64,000 nucleotides of DNA, from assembly GCA_000004985.1 (NCBI GenBank), contig GG738849.1. One strand, 5' to 3'. Numbering within the stretch: the stretch's first letter is position 1; each line of letters opens with the position of its first letter. The position numbers were made by a program, and so were the translations under genes. Below the pieces are notes generated by a model. It worked only from the letters and a program-made list of their open reading frames with translations, was not told the origin of the DNA and made no database searches. Source of the DNA: Naegleria gruberi. Its lineage: Eukaryota. Shown piece after piece: positions 1 to 11,702 of the stretch.

Positions 1-387
1 GCCAAGCAAGTACCTTATACATGTGTTCAATTGACTTGTTTCTCATACACAACTGAATTCTTTTACGGAAATTTCCTTCCTAATCGTCTTGGAATGAAGA
101 AACAAGATTTGACCACTACTCAACAATTGAATTTGAGTGTTGGCGCTGGTATTCTAGCAGGTATGGTCTCATCCCTTGCTTCACACCCAGCAGATACTCT
201 TCTCAGCTTGGTTAATAAACCAGGCGAACAGAGAAATATTTTCCAAATCATGAAAGATATTGGGTTTAAGGGTGTTTGGAGAGGAGTGGTTCCACGTTGC
301 TTGATGGTGTCATTCTTGAGTGCTGGCATGTTTTTGGTTTATGACAGTTCTAAATTGGCTCTTGGTTTGCAAACTACTGGTGGTTAA
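1..387 (+). CDS. Mitochondrial phosphate carrier, C-terminal fragment of the mitochondrial carrier family; the gene starts upstream of the window.
   Basis: The frame is open from position 1. The translation '...ASHPADTLLSLVNKPGEQ...GFKGVWRGVVPR...' matches the conserved C-terminal repeat of SLC25A3/Mir1-type phosphate carriers (SHPADSVVSVLNK...GFKGVWKG), as I recall those sequences. Confidence 0.6.
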   Translation, partial: AKQVPYTCVQLTCFSYTTEFFYGNFLPNRLGMKKQDLTTTQQLNLSVGAGILAGMVSSLASHPADTLLSLVNKPGEQRNIFQIMKDIGFKGVWRGVVPRCLMVSFLSAGMFLVYDSSKLALGLQTTGG

Positions 388-477
388 ATTGTTAACCACA
401 AACACTTATGAAAACAAATTTGAACAAGTGAGCTGTTAATTCTGACGTGTAAATTATCATACAATTGTAATATACAT

Positions 478-1482
478 TTAATAAAGAATAAATCTACAAA
501 TATCCAAACAATTATCATTTTCAAACCCATCCACTTCAATCTTTTTCAATTTTTTGCAATGATCCATTAATGTTTGACATTCCACTTCTTTGAATAGCTT
601 GGTAATGGCCACATGTTCCAGGTTTGGACAAGATTTGTACAAGTTAATCCACATGCATGTTGCTGCATCATCATTGATAATATCATGCCCAAATAATTTC
701 AATATTCTCAGTTTTGGAAATTCCACATTTGAAATCTTGGTTAAAACATCTCCAATTGTCAAGCCACCGCATTGTAGACATAATTCCTGAAGTGAAAAGT
801 GACTACTCTCAATGCACTTATCAACACCAAGAAACATTTTACCATTCAGATACAAATGTTCAATTCTATTCTGTGGAATGTGAGACAAATCAAAATATGG
901 AGGTCTCTTTTCACTTCTCTCATTAAAATTATCCTGAAATCTCATATCCAAATTACTATGCAAAGAGAGGCAAGTCAATTTAGGGCACTGTTTAAAGATA
1001 CTTTGTAAATCTGTTGAATTAATATATACATTATTTAAAATTAGTTTCCTCATTGTATTTTTCATAAATCGACTTATAAAAACAGGTAGCTGAGTTTCCA
1101 ACATGTCACTATGTCTGAAAATATCATAACAAAACGAAACAGTTTCATATTTTGGAAATGTTCTAATTAAATTGTACATTTGTGGAATGGAATCAATCAA
1201 TAGACCATCAATGTGTTTTAAATCTCTCGTTGTTAATTTTAGAGCATGTTCTAATTGTAAATCAACATTTCCGCAAATATATTCCAATCGAGAGAATAAT
1301 TTAAGAAAATCAATAACGTAAATTCTTGAATTAATTCTTTTTGACATGTTTAGTACAGTAACAGAATTATAGTAACTGGCATTCCATTCCGAATTTATAA
1401 ATCTTGATAATTGTTTTTCATTATTAGTAAGAAATGTTTGTATGAGAGTTAATAATTCTGATGGCAAGGCAAGTTTAGTCAT
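478..1482 (-). CDS. F-box-like / leucine-rich-repeat protein
   Basis: A 334-aa ORF with an N-terminal 'LPSELLTLIQTFL' F-box-like motif, followed by Leu-rich repeats with regularly spaced C/N/L residues. Confidence 0.4.
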   Translation of the reverse strand: MTKLALPSELLTLIQTFLTNNEKQLSRFINSEWNASYYNSVTVLNMSKRINSRIYVIDFLKLFSRLEYICGNVDLQLEHALKLTTRDLKHIDGLLIDSIPQMYNLIRTFPKYETVSFCYDIFRHSDMLETQLPVFISRFMKNTMRKLILNNVYINSTDLQSIFKQCPKLTCLSLHSNLDMRFQDNFNERSEKRPPYFDLSHIPQNRIEHLYLNGKMFLGVDKCIESSHFSLQELCLQCGGLTIGDVLTKISNVEFPKLRILKLFGHDIINDDAATCMWINLYKSCPNLEHVAITKLFKEVECQTLMDHCKKLKKIEVDGFENDNCLDICRFILY

Positions 1483-1591
1483 TTTTTTTTAATGGAAAGC
1501 TGGTGATAGGTTATGTTACAATAACCATATTTGATCGACTTGATTCTCATACCAATGAAACATTACTCTCAAAAGTATTTAGAGAAATAAT

Positions 1592-3397
1592 TTATTTTTG
1601 AATCTTAATAGTTCCCTTCAACTTTTCAATCTTCTTCTTGAGTTCTTCAATAGGTAATGGAGTGTAAATCTTCTTGCCTGTCTTTTGATAGTACAATAAT
1701 GAAGGACTATAATATCCATTAACACCCATAGTAACATAACCATTTTGCAAGATCAAGTTTGGATTGACCAAATTGAATCCTGGTAAAACACTTGAAAAGT
1801 CAACCAATTGAACACCAGCAGCCAAATCTTGATTCAAAATTGGCAAGTAAGCATCAATCAAAGCAACTTGAATAATTTGTTGCAAACTGGTTACACTAAT
1901 TGGTCCAATCCATGATTGAGAAACTGAGAGTTGGAATTGAGGATTAGCAATTTGAGCAGTAAAGTACAACTTGGATCCAGAAGAAACAACCAACTTTGGA
2001 CTATCAAGAGTAGCATTAGCAACGAGTGAAATAATAAAAGCATTGGTGGAAGATCCATCTTGATTCAAAACTTGGAATTCAACATTACCATAGAAGAAGG
2101 CAGTAATACTTCCACCATTGTTTTGAGTAATCTTAATATTTGGATATTGACCAGGATTACCAGCAGTATTACTATAGACAAATAAGTTAACAAGCTTATT
2201 TGGATAGGCATTGTATAATTGAGGAAGCAACAATTTCAAACTTGTAGTATTCAATTGAATTGGAGAGTTGGATGGAATCATTGTTGGTGTAACATAGGTT
2301 TGCATTTGATTGCTAGAATACAAGGCATAGAGAAGTGAGTTAATAACAAAATCAGTTCCATAAGCATCAATCAAATCATCAATTTGAGTTGGGGCAACCT
2401 TTGGAAGTTGAACATGACCAAATGGGAGAGGAGCAGATGGTCCCTTGTTTGGATCGTAGAAAGTAGCTCTAGTAGCAATAACCAAGAAATTATTACTTTG
2501 AACATCACATTCAGTCAAACGATAGTCTACAATAACTTTGAAATTGTTTGAACCAACAGTCATATTCAAAGTTGGAATAAGGTTAGCAGTTTGAATGTCA
2601 GCATTGGCTTTAGCAACAGAGGAACTGACAGCATTTTGAATGGCTGATTGAACAGATGATTTGATTTGGGAAGAGAAGAGGGATTGCAATAAATCCAAAA
2701 TCCATCCAGATCCTCCTGAAATGTTAATATTCAAATTACCCAAATCAACAGTATTAGTAGTGACTTGGAATTGTGGTTTACCACTGTTAATATCTAAAGT
2801 AATGAGAACAGTTTCTTGAATTTGGATGGTATTGGTAGAAACAACAACAGTTCCTGATCCAGAAGAGTGTGGCCAACTTTGTTGACGATAAGCCCAGTTA
2901 GCATTGATTGTTAATTGAGCATTTTGATCAGAGAGAGTGACTTGATTTGGTTGTTGCATCAATACTTGCAAATTACCCAATGAAACTCCAGCAATTTTAA
3001 TATTTGTAACACTAATGTCAACATCACCAATAATACTGACATGTTCTGTTTCAACCATATTTCAATCAGTAATTATATAATGATTTTACATTTCAACCAA
3101 TGATTATAAATTATTCAGTTAACAAAAATGTGTTAATAATATTATTTCAATATATATATATAAATTATAAAAATAATTAAATATTAAACACGTACGAGTA
3201 AACTTCATATCAGCAATAGTTTGTTCTTCAATAGTTTTAGCAAATAATGGACTTTCCTTTGTCAATAATTCATTCAAATCCGAGTCAGACAAGAAGGCAC
3301 GAACAGTTGATAATTGTCCCATTGCTTCCTGAATATTCATCATCATTGCGATCAACCCCAAAAGAAGGAGAAGCACAAGACTAGCAGATGATCTCAT
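1592..3397 (-). CDS. Secreted BPI/LBP/CETP-family lipid-binding protein. It has two exons: a signal-peptide exon, an intron of about 150 nt, then the main exon.
   Basis: Exon 1 (3397 down to about 3196) encodes a signal peptide, 'MRSSASLVLLLLLGLIA'. The donor is ACTC|GTACGT, the acceptor is AACAG near 3039, and the frame is conserved into ORF 1592..3058. The N/S/T/Q-rich body has 'SGKPQF' and 'SGWILDLLQSLFSSQIKSSVQSAIQNAV', which resemble the BPI N-terminal barrel (SGKPTI..., [24 protein letters not shown]). Confidence 0.55.
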
Positions 3398-3968
3398 CTA
3401 TATATATTTTTATCATCATTGACAAGTTATCATCATCATAGAATTTCATCATTGTGTATTGGTGTGATATCGTGTGTTGTGATCACACATACGAAGTGGT
3501 TAGTTTTTTGGGTTAAAAAAGCACTACCTACATTGTTTTTGTTTTTTTTCAAAGTGAAACTTTCAAGTGTTATTACTTGATGGGATGAAGACATGAAGAC
3601 AATGGAGTAAGACAAGTCTTGTGGGGAAAAAACTCTCCGAACCAATGATGAATTATCGAATCTTATGAATCATTATAATATGTAATAGAGATTTTACAAT
3701 GTGGTTTATATGATGAGTTGACACACACATTTAAAATATAATTTTCAAATCACTAAGGGTTCAGGGAAGAAGTTAAAAAGTTAAAGTGACGAGTCCAAAA
3801 AATACCTTCACTACAACTTTACATATTAAATTGATGAAAAATTGCAAGATGTAATATTATTTAATTATTTTCAAATTGAAAATCTGAAATCAGTATTAAA
3901 ATTTACAGCTTGATAATATTGCTTTGCAGATGATTATTCTATTGTCGTTTTCACTTTAGAATAAAAAA

Positions 3969-5474
3969 ATGTCATCACCCCAATTAGAAAATTACAAGTT
4001 TCAAGTATTTAAAGGACACACTGGTTTGCCAACATGTGAATATTTTGCCAGAGAACAATCCACCAATGAACAAGTTATTAATTTCCTCTCCACAAAATTA
4101 AATGATAGAAAATTAGCAGAAGAATTGGATCAATCCGATACTCTTGCTCACATGAGAAATGAATTCAACTATCCAGATATGATTCCAAAGGAATTAATTT
4201 GTCAAGTTGATGAAAACTCCTCTGATGAATGTGTGGAAAAGAAAATTATTTATTTCTGTGGTAATTCACTTGGACTTCAACCAAAGTGCCTTTCAAAGAA
4301 TATTGAAAAGGAATTACAAAAGTGGGCACATATTGGTGTTGAAGGACATTTCAGTGCATCGTTTGGAACTAACAAATGGTTTGAAGTTGAAGAATCTGTG
4401 AAGAATGCAATGGCTAAGGTTGTTGGAGCTAAACCAATTGAAGTTACTGTTATGAATAGTTTAACTGCTAATTTACAAGTTTTACTCACTTCTTTCTATA
4501 GACCAACTGCACAAAAATACAAGATTTTAGTTGAACAATATCCATTCCCAAGTGATATGCATGCTGTGACCTCTCATGTCAGATGCAGAATTGAAGAATT
4601 GAGAAGTATGTTGGGAAGTCATTTGTCAAGTGATGAAATTGTTGAAAAGTGTATCACTCTTGTTGGTCCAAGAGAAGGAGAAGAAATTATTAGATCTGAA
4701 GATATTGTGGAATGTTTAAAGAGTGATTCCTCTATTGCACTTTCACTTGTTGGAGGAGTTCAATTCATGACTGGTCAATGTTTTGATATGAAAACTATTG
4801 CACAAACTTGTCAAGAGTTGGATATTGTTTGTGGATTTGATTTGGCACATGCTGCTGGTAATATTGATTTGAGACTTCATGATTGGGGAGTTGATTTTGC
4901 ATGTTGGTGTTCTTACAAGTATTTGAATAGTGGACCAGGTGGAATTAGTGGAATTTTTGTACATGAAAAACATTCAAATGAAACTATGGAACAAAGACCA
5001 AGATTTATGGGTTGGTGGGCAAGAGAAAAGGCAACTCGTTTTTCACTTTCGACCAAGTTTGAACCTCAACCAGGTGCAGCTGGATTCCAAATGTCGAATC
5101 CTTGCATTTTAAGTATGACTGCTATTCTTTCGAGTTTGAGAGTTTTTGAAATGGCTGAAAAAGATGGCCAAATAATGAGCGTTTTGAGAAGCAAATCTAA
5201 TTTGTTAACTACTTATTTAGAATTGCTCATTAGACAAGAGTTGAGTGACAAGATCTTTATCCTCACACCATCAAATCCAAATGCTAGAGGTTGTCAATTA
5301 TCTATTAGAGTTTTGCACAAGAATTTGGACTATGTTGATTCTGAACTCAAGAAGAGAGGAGTCATTATTGACATTAGAGAGCCAGATATTATCAGAGTAT
5401 CTCCAACACCTCTCTATAATCAATTTGTTGAAGTTTATGATTTTGTTCAACTTTTGAAAGAAATTTTGAATTAA
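3969..5474 (+). CDS. KYNU: Kynureninase (PLP-dependent, tryptophan catabolism), single exon, 501 aa
   Basis: A full-length ORF with the conserved N-terminal 'IYFCGNSLGLQPK' and the overall length and motif order of kynureninase. Confidence 0.8.
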   Translation: MSSPQLENYKFQVFKGHTGLPTCEYFAREQSTNEQVINFLSTKLNDRKLAEELDQSDTLAHMRNEFNYPDMIPKELICQVDENSSDECVEKKIIYFCGNSLGLQPKCLSKNIEKELQKWAHIGVEGHFSASFGTNKWFEVEESVKNAMAKVVGAKPIEVTVMNSLTANLQVLLTSFYRPTAQKYKILVEQYPFPSDMHAVTSHVRCRIEELRSMLGSHLSSDEIVEKCITLVGPREGEEIIRSEDIVECLKSDSSIALSLVGGVQFMTGQCFDMKTIAQTCQELDIVCGFDLAHAAGNIDLRLHDWGVDFACWCSYKYLNSGPGGISGIFVHEKHSNETMEQRPRFMGWWAREKATRFSLSTKFEPQPGAAGFQMSNPCILSMTAILSSLRVFEMAEKDGQIMSVLRSKSNLLTTYLELLIRQELSDKIFILTPSNPNARGCQLSIRVLHKNLDYVDSELKKRGVIIDIREPDIIRVSPTPLYNQFVEVYDFVQLLKEILN

Positions 5475-5482
5475 ATAATTTA

Positions 5483-8446
5483 TCATTTTAATTGTTTGTG
5501 ACTGGCATTACTTGTGTTCAGTTTGGAATTAATTTTGTGTAAAGATCTTGGAGAGACAGTTCCCTGTTTGATAATATTCAATTCCTCACTCTTTTTAAGA
5601 ATTTTCCTCTCAACATCTGGATCAATATCTTTAATTTCCTTTCTCTTCTTATCTATTAAAACTTTCTTAATAAATGACTCAGATAATAGCTTTGGTTTTA
5701 CAGAAAAACTGAAACTTTTTTCTGAAGCTGACAAACCAGATCTTGGTGACTCGTCGTGGAATTCATTTTCCCATTTCTCTAACAGAGTCATTTCCTTCTT
5801 TTCATTTTTCATTTTGAAATGAGTTTTCTTATTGTAAATTACTGTATTTGAGAAGAGTCCATCTCCGCCTACAGGTTTAACAAATGATTCACTTTCTTTT
5901 TTGTATAGTATATGATTGGTTATTCCTTCATCCTGTTTGGCAGTGAGAAATTCTCTTAATCTGTGTTGAGTATCGACACTACTTGGCTGATGAGGAATAC
6001 CTCCAATCAAGCCGTCCAAATACCCGCTATAGAAATGTTTGTGACGTAGGGGGACATAGTTTCGTGTTGGACGGTTGCCTGACTTGATTTTGAAGCTAAG
6101 ATTGTGATCAGAAACTTGGGTGATTAAGCAATCCACCAGATCGTGATTTTCCTTCTTTTCTCGCACAAATGAAAGGAGGAATAGTAGAAATCTTTGAATT
6201 TTTGAAAAGAGTAGATATTTCCTCATTTTCTTCTTCCTTTCCTTCTCGAAAAATTGAAGGAAAATTCTGATAAATTGGGAAAAGGATTGAATATTCGAAA
6301 AGCAAATATTATTTCCAAAATCCAAATGTTTGTGACCACTAACAATGGATCGTTCATGTCTAATCAACAATTCCTCCATTACATCTGGAGAATATTTACA
6401 AAATTCTAGTAATCCTTTGGCAGAAACTGATTTCAAATGGCTCAACAAGTTACTATTACAAAAAATTAAAATATAATGTTCTGCTACCATTTCCAAATCT
6501 AAATTACTCCAAATGTGGTCTTTGGAGAGAATATTTGTCAACATTTGGAAACAACTTATACGCTGATACAGATAGCTGTTGTAATCTTCATTACATCTGA
6601 TAACATTGAGTGCCTTACTGTACAAAATGTTCCAAAAATCAAATATTGGTGAGTTGGCTATTACATTAAAATACTTAATTATCTAAACACTATATGAGTC
6701 AACTTACAATGTTGTGCATAAGCAGCAATAAGTGCAACTACCTTTCCAGAAAGACTGAAATTAGTAGAGGTGATACTTTCAATAATTCGTTGTAGCTTTT
6801 TTTCTGACAAAATTTTCAAATTAGCATTACCAGAGCTTCCCTTATTGGCTGCAATTGTATTGTTATCATAAATATTTTCCAAATAACAACAACTTACCAC
6901 TATTTACATAGGATATAACAATATTTAGGCAGAGAATTATCTTTTTCTGATCATGATTTTGACTTTCTAGAATATCCAACATTTTGTTAATGGCTCCAGA
7001 ATGCATGAAATATAATCTAAACTCTTGTGTATCAGAAATGTCTGATAGAATATGTAAAACCCCCATAAACACATCGTATTCATCAATGTCAGTATGTGAT
7101 GTTGTTATGAAACAATTCACTGCTGCCTTTACAATCCCATACTGTTTCACAAAAATTGTGGCATATTCCTTATTTCTTAACATTCTGGCAAGGGTTTTCA
7201 CTCCCCAATATTTTGAAGTTCTATCTTTGAAAGCTAATTGTGGGGAAAGTATATCGCCACCACCTGCATCAATAATTTCCTTCTGGAATCTTTCTATGGC
7301 TGACATGTGGTACACTACTTCGTCGCAAACTCGTCTCACATCCCTTGAGATTGTTTCCTTGATAGTTGTCAATAGAGATGGTACAAAAGTTGTGGAGAAG
7401 AGGTGAGACTTTTCATAGATCCAATCCTTCTTTACAAATGATCTGAGAACAACAACTTGAATGAGCTCGCATGAATTTGATCTCAAAATCCATTCTACAA
7501 ATTCCAAGTTTTGATATCTATCAATAAGAGCTATAATCTTGTGTTGTTTGGATTCTCTCACTATACAATCAAATGTCTTGGCAATACAGTGTTTGGTTAA
7601 ATAGTCACGTTCTTGATATCTGTTCATCAAAAATACTATCATTTGATGGTTGTCCAGAAATGGATCAATCGTGTACTGATTATTAATTAAATTGAAACAA
7701 GTATTGGCAGCTGATCTTTTCGTCTCCACATGAGTAATGGAGGTGTTCATGAGTGATCTCAACATATTGACCAATTCTAATTTTTCTGCATGCATCATAC
7801 TCACAGCAATTTTCTCAAATTTTGTAAAATTACCAAATACTTTAGCTATCAAATCAACCATTGTAATATCTACTTCTCTGTATCCTTCTATATGTTTCCT
7901 CAATACATCCCCCAATAGTTCCAATCCCCAAACTTCAATCACTCTCGAAGCACAATCTCCTCTCAAATCAGACATGGCAAGAGTTTTAAAAACTTCTTGC
8001 AATAGTTCAATATTTTGTTCCTTTTTAAGGAGACACATTATTGGAAGGAGAGCTCCATCAGAAACAAATCTTCCACTGCTACAAGGATGTTGAGCTAATA
8101 ATCCAGCACATCTAACTGCCACTATCTGACATGGAACATTCATTGATGAAATAATTGGTGCCAACACTTTGAAACATTGTTTTTCCTTAACCAATTTCTG
8201 AGTATATTCCTTCTCCTTCGCCAAATTACATAATGCCATCAAACAATACTGAATAATTTGTAAATTCTCTACATTTCCAATTAGATGTAAGATGGCATCC
8301 AAGGCATCAATGACCAATAAGAGCTTTGTTTTCTGCTCCGATAAATAAAAAAACAATTTACTACTCTCCAATTTAGAATCCTCTCCTCCTTTAAACGAAA
8401 TTAAAATGTAATGATCGATGGTTCCTCCCGAAGTATTGGCTCTCAT
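5483..8446 (-). CDS. Armadillo/HEAT-like repeat protein. It is one gene of three exons, merged from three ORF-track fragments, of roughly 940 aa.
   Basis: ORFs 6866..8446, 6679..6900 and 5483..6625 join in frame through two short introns. They are GGTAAGTTG...TTGCAG near 6897-6851 and GTAAGTTGACTC...TAATAG near 6706-6655. The predicted protein consists of helical repeats. Confidence 0.45.
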
Positions 8447-8673
8447 TATTATGATTTAAAATTATTATTATTATATTAATATTGTATTTAAACTACTATC
8501 AATCATAATCAGTTTCTTTCTTTTATTCTAAAATACTTGAAATCTGTAATAAAACGGTTGAAAATTCAGTTAGAGATAACATCCTTTGATGGAGGTTTCT
8601 TGTTTAATCTTTAAATTTTCAAATTTATAGCCGTTTATGAAGAGTTTCATTTTTTATTAATTAAATAAGAAAA

Positions 8674-9011
8674 ATGTCTAAATGGCAAGAGAAGTGGAAA
8701 CGTTCGGAGAGGGAAGAAGTAGACAATATGAAAAAGAAGGATATTACCTCTCCAGATAATATTGTTTGTATTTTTCAATAATATATATTTTAATATTTAA
8801 TTTCAAAATTAATGCAAATATTATACAAATTAAATATGTATTATATTAAAAATAGTTTACACTTGTATTGGGTGTTGGTATCATTGGATTGGGTGCTTTA
8901 TTATTTAATACTTTTTTTGCTAACGTAGACAGTGATGGAAATGAAATCAAGGTAAAAGCAATCACTGCCGATTATGATAACACTGTTTATCATCCCGAAG
9001 AGGAACTCTAG
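8674..9011 (+). CDS. Candidate small single-TM protein of about 82 aa in two exons. The ORF track misses it because each exon is short.
   Basis: The ATG is at 8674. Exon 1 ends at 8763, before GTTTGT, and the intron ends at AATAG 8855. Exon 2 (8856..9011) encodes 'FTLVLGVGIIGLGALLFNTFF...' and runs to TAG. The intron grammar matches confirmed introns elsewhere in the window. Confidence 0.3.
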
Positions 9012-9101
9012 AAGAAGAGAATTTGAATTACAATTTTTCATCATGTGAGAACACTGTGAGATAATGGATCATTGATGAATTGATGAAGAATTTGATGGGC
9101 A

Positions 9102-11579
9102 ATGAACTTGGATCTATGCATACTGGCATGTTCGTCAACAGACAAAACACAACAATTAAAAATGTCAGCACTTCAACCATCTGTGGAACCCATTCGATTT
9201 ATTGGTCAGAAATCAGAGAGTGGCAATACACCAACAATAAATGTTCCATTTAAATCTATTGTTAGTCATGCAATGGCATCAACTATTGTGGATCCGTTCA
9301 GTAATAAGAATGAAGATATTCCCTTCTCTCTCTTTCTATTTGGTGGTCAGATAAATAACAAAAGAAGTGACGGAATGTTTGAGTGTCGTATTGAAAAGAT
9401 GGTTGCCTATGATGAGAAGGAAGTTCAAGATTTATTATTGGAAACAAAAGTTGCCAATAATTCAATGTTGACCATTACAGAATTTATCACTTGTGAGAAG
9501 AGGGATGGTTGTTGGCCATCTGCTCGATCTCATCATCAAATGGTTTATAGACCACCTAATGATGAACATATTGATGGAAGTTTGGTTTTATTTGGTGGAC
9601 AAGATAGTCAATTTAAAGCACTTGGAGATTTATATGAATTTGATATTCATACTAGAGAGTGGAAACAAATAGTTGAACAATCTGGTCAATTGTGGCCTAC
9701 TCGTAGACATGGACATTCAATGATATATAGACCTAGTAAGGACAGTCTTGTAATTTTGGGAGGTGTTGATACACTAAACAGAACTATTTTTGAACCATTC
9801 GAATATCTATTCCCTGAAAAAAAATGGAAAAAGATTGAATTAATAGCCAAGACTGGTAGTGCACTCTCCCTGACAAGCACTTCCTCTATTGATCCACTCT
9901 GTTTAAGGCCTCGTGCTAATCATTCTGCTGTTTTGTACAATGCTCAAAATTCAAGATTTGTTCAATTTCACACTTTGAACAATGCAGAAACTGTTGAGGA
10001 TGGAACTCAAGATGTTATGATTATATTTGGAGGTAATAATGAACAGGATTATTACAATGACATGTTTTCTATCAATCTTGGTACTTTGAACGTCGATATT
10101 ATTATGAGTTCGCATCGTATTAATGTCTATCCTCGAATGAAACATACGTGCATTATTACACGAGGTGAAAAGGCCTTGGTTATTGGTGGAAACAGAAAAG
10201 CCAGATATGATGAAATGAAAGTCGTCTCTGGAAAGACTTCAAAATCATTCTTCATGAGTGTTTTGGGAAGTATAGCACCAAAATCCAGCATTGATGCACC
10301 AATTCTCAATGGAATGGTAGCCAGAAATTTAATTACCGATTTTACTGTTAAAAATCAAGAAGCAGAACTTGATTTTAATGACATTTCACATCATACCACA
10401 TGCAGTGTTTCTCCTTCATGCTTTATCTTTGTTGGTGGTCAATTCAATAATGTTGGCGAAAAGATGACCACCAATACAAAGAATGACAAGATTTGGGTTT
10501 GCAATTTGGGTCAGTACTCTGAAACTATTGAAAAATTACAGAATGCTGAACAAAAGAAAGAATTTGGAAAGGAGTTTTACAGAAGAATGCTAGACAATTT
10601 GGGAGAGTATGGACCTATCGGATATGATTTGAGAGTTAACGTACTCAATGAAAAGACGTTCCTTGTTCACAAATTTATGCTCTCCAGATTTGAATATTTT
10701 AGAAAGCTCATCAAAGAACACTCCTCTCATCAAGTTGGAGGCATTGTTGAGATACCAATTTCTGATGCTTCAGTTGATACAATCAGTAATGTCATTGACT
10801 ACATTTATGGTATTGAACCACCAGTTTTTAGCAATCCAGAAGAAGTCCAAATCCTGACCAAATATTGTGAGAAACACTCTATGGGATCAATTGTCAAATA
10901 TACTCATGGAAAGGTTTATCTCCAAAGATCGGATTATGAATCCTACTTGCCAGAAATTCAATTACTTTTATTCTTCAAGAGAGTGTACATGGGAGAATTC
11001 CCTGAATTGCATCAATATTTCAATTCTACTGTTCGTCTAATTACTCAAGGTGAAAATGCAGAAAACACCAATATTGATATTCAACTTCCTTTGCAAATTC
11101 TTGTAAATAATGATTTTTTCCATGGATGTTTAAGAGACTTGTATATCAAACACAAACTGCACGGTCAAGATTCTCAAAATTACATTATTGAAATTGATAA
11201 TTCAATTTTCCCATTCCTCGACACTAGCTATTTTCCAATTATTGAAAGATATATTGCCACTCTCTATCAGGCACCAGTTCATATTTTTAGCTCTGAAGGA
11301 GAAGCTGTAGTTTCACAACTCATTCAATTATATTTGGTCAGTAATTTATTGAGTGATACATATATGGAAGTATTGATTATGGACTCAATCAAGAGAAGAA
11401 TTTCATTTGAAAATGCATTCCAATTGTTATGTTTTGCTTATCAACATCAATCACCTAATGAAGTTGTATTCATTTACAATGAATGTATTCGAAAGTTGAA
11501 GGAAGTTATTCCGTTGGAAGATGTGAACAAAATAATCAATTTCCTCAATCAAGAATACGCCAAACAATTTGATATTTAA
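9102..11579 (+). CDS. Kelch-repeat beta-propeller protein with a BTB/POZ domain. The true start may be the internal Met near 9163.
   Basis: There are six Kelch-like blades ('LFLFGGQIN', 'LVLFGGQDSQ', 'LVILGGVD', 'MIIFGGNNE', 'ALVIGGNRK', 'FIFVGGQFNN'), followed by a BTB-like segment ('LVHKFMLSRFEYFRKLIKEH...'). Confidence 0.6.
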   Translation: MNLDLCILACSSTDKTQQLKMSALQPSVEPIRFIGQKSESGNTPTINVPFKSIVSHAMASTIVDPFSNKNEDIPFSLFLFGGQINNKRSDGMFECRIEKMVAYDEKEVQDLLLETKVANNSMLTITEFITCEKRDGCWPSARSHHQMVYRPPNDEHIDGSLVLFGGQDSQFKALGDLYEFDIHTREWKQIVEQSGQLWPTRRHGHSMIYRPSKDSLVILGGVDTLNRTIFEPFEYLFPEKKWKKIELIAKTGSALSLTSTSSIDPLCLRPRANHSAVLYNAQNSRFVQFHTLNNAETVEDGTQDVMIIFGGNNEQDYYNDMFSINLGTLNVDIIMSSHRINVYPRMKHTCIITRGEKALVIGGNRKARYDEMKVVSGKTSKSFFMSVLGSIAPKSSIDAPILNGMVARNLITDFTVKNQEAELDFNDISHHTTCSVSPSCFIFVGGQFNNVGEKMTTNTKNDKIWVCNLGQYSETIEKLQNAEQKKEFGKEFYRRMLDNLGEYGPIGYDLRVNVLNEKTFLVHKFMLSRFEYFRKLIKEHSSHQVGGIVEIPISDASVDTISNVIDYIYGIEPPVFSNPEEVQILTKYCEKHSMGSIVKYTHGKVYLQRSDYESYLPEIQLLLFFKRVYMGEFPELHQYFNSTVRLITQGENAENTNIDIQLPLQILVNNDFFHGCLRDLYIKHKLHGQDSQNYIIEIDNSIFPFLDTSYFPIIERYIATLYQAPVHIFSSEGEAVVSQLIQLYLVSNLLSDTYMEVLIMDSIKRRISFENAFQLLCFAYQHQSPNEVVFIYNECIRKLKEVIPLEDVNKIINFLNQEYAKQFDI

Positions 11580-11702
11580 TAATAAACATGTAGCATTTCC
11601 ATAATAATAACAAACCAAAAGAGGTACTGTTATCTTGGATTCTATCCATGTAGATTATCACAACGAGAAAATTTCCAAACAAAAAAGCCAAAACAAAAAA
11701 CA

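Noticed and set aside
3436-3645. A 69-aa minus-strand ORF in the BPI-kynureninase intergenic region
   Set aside because: It is short, has no motif, and contains a poly-T/poly-A tract typical of promoter or intergenic DNA here.
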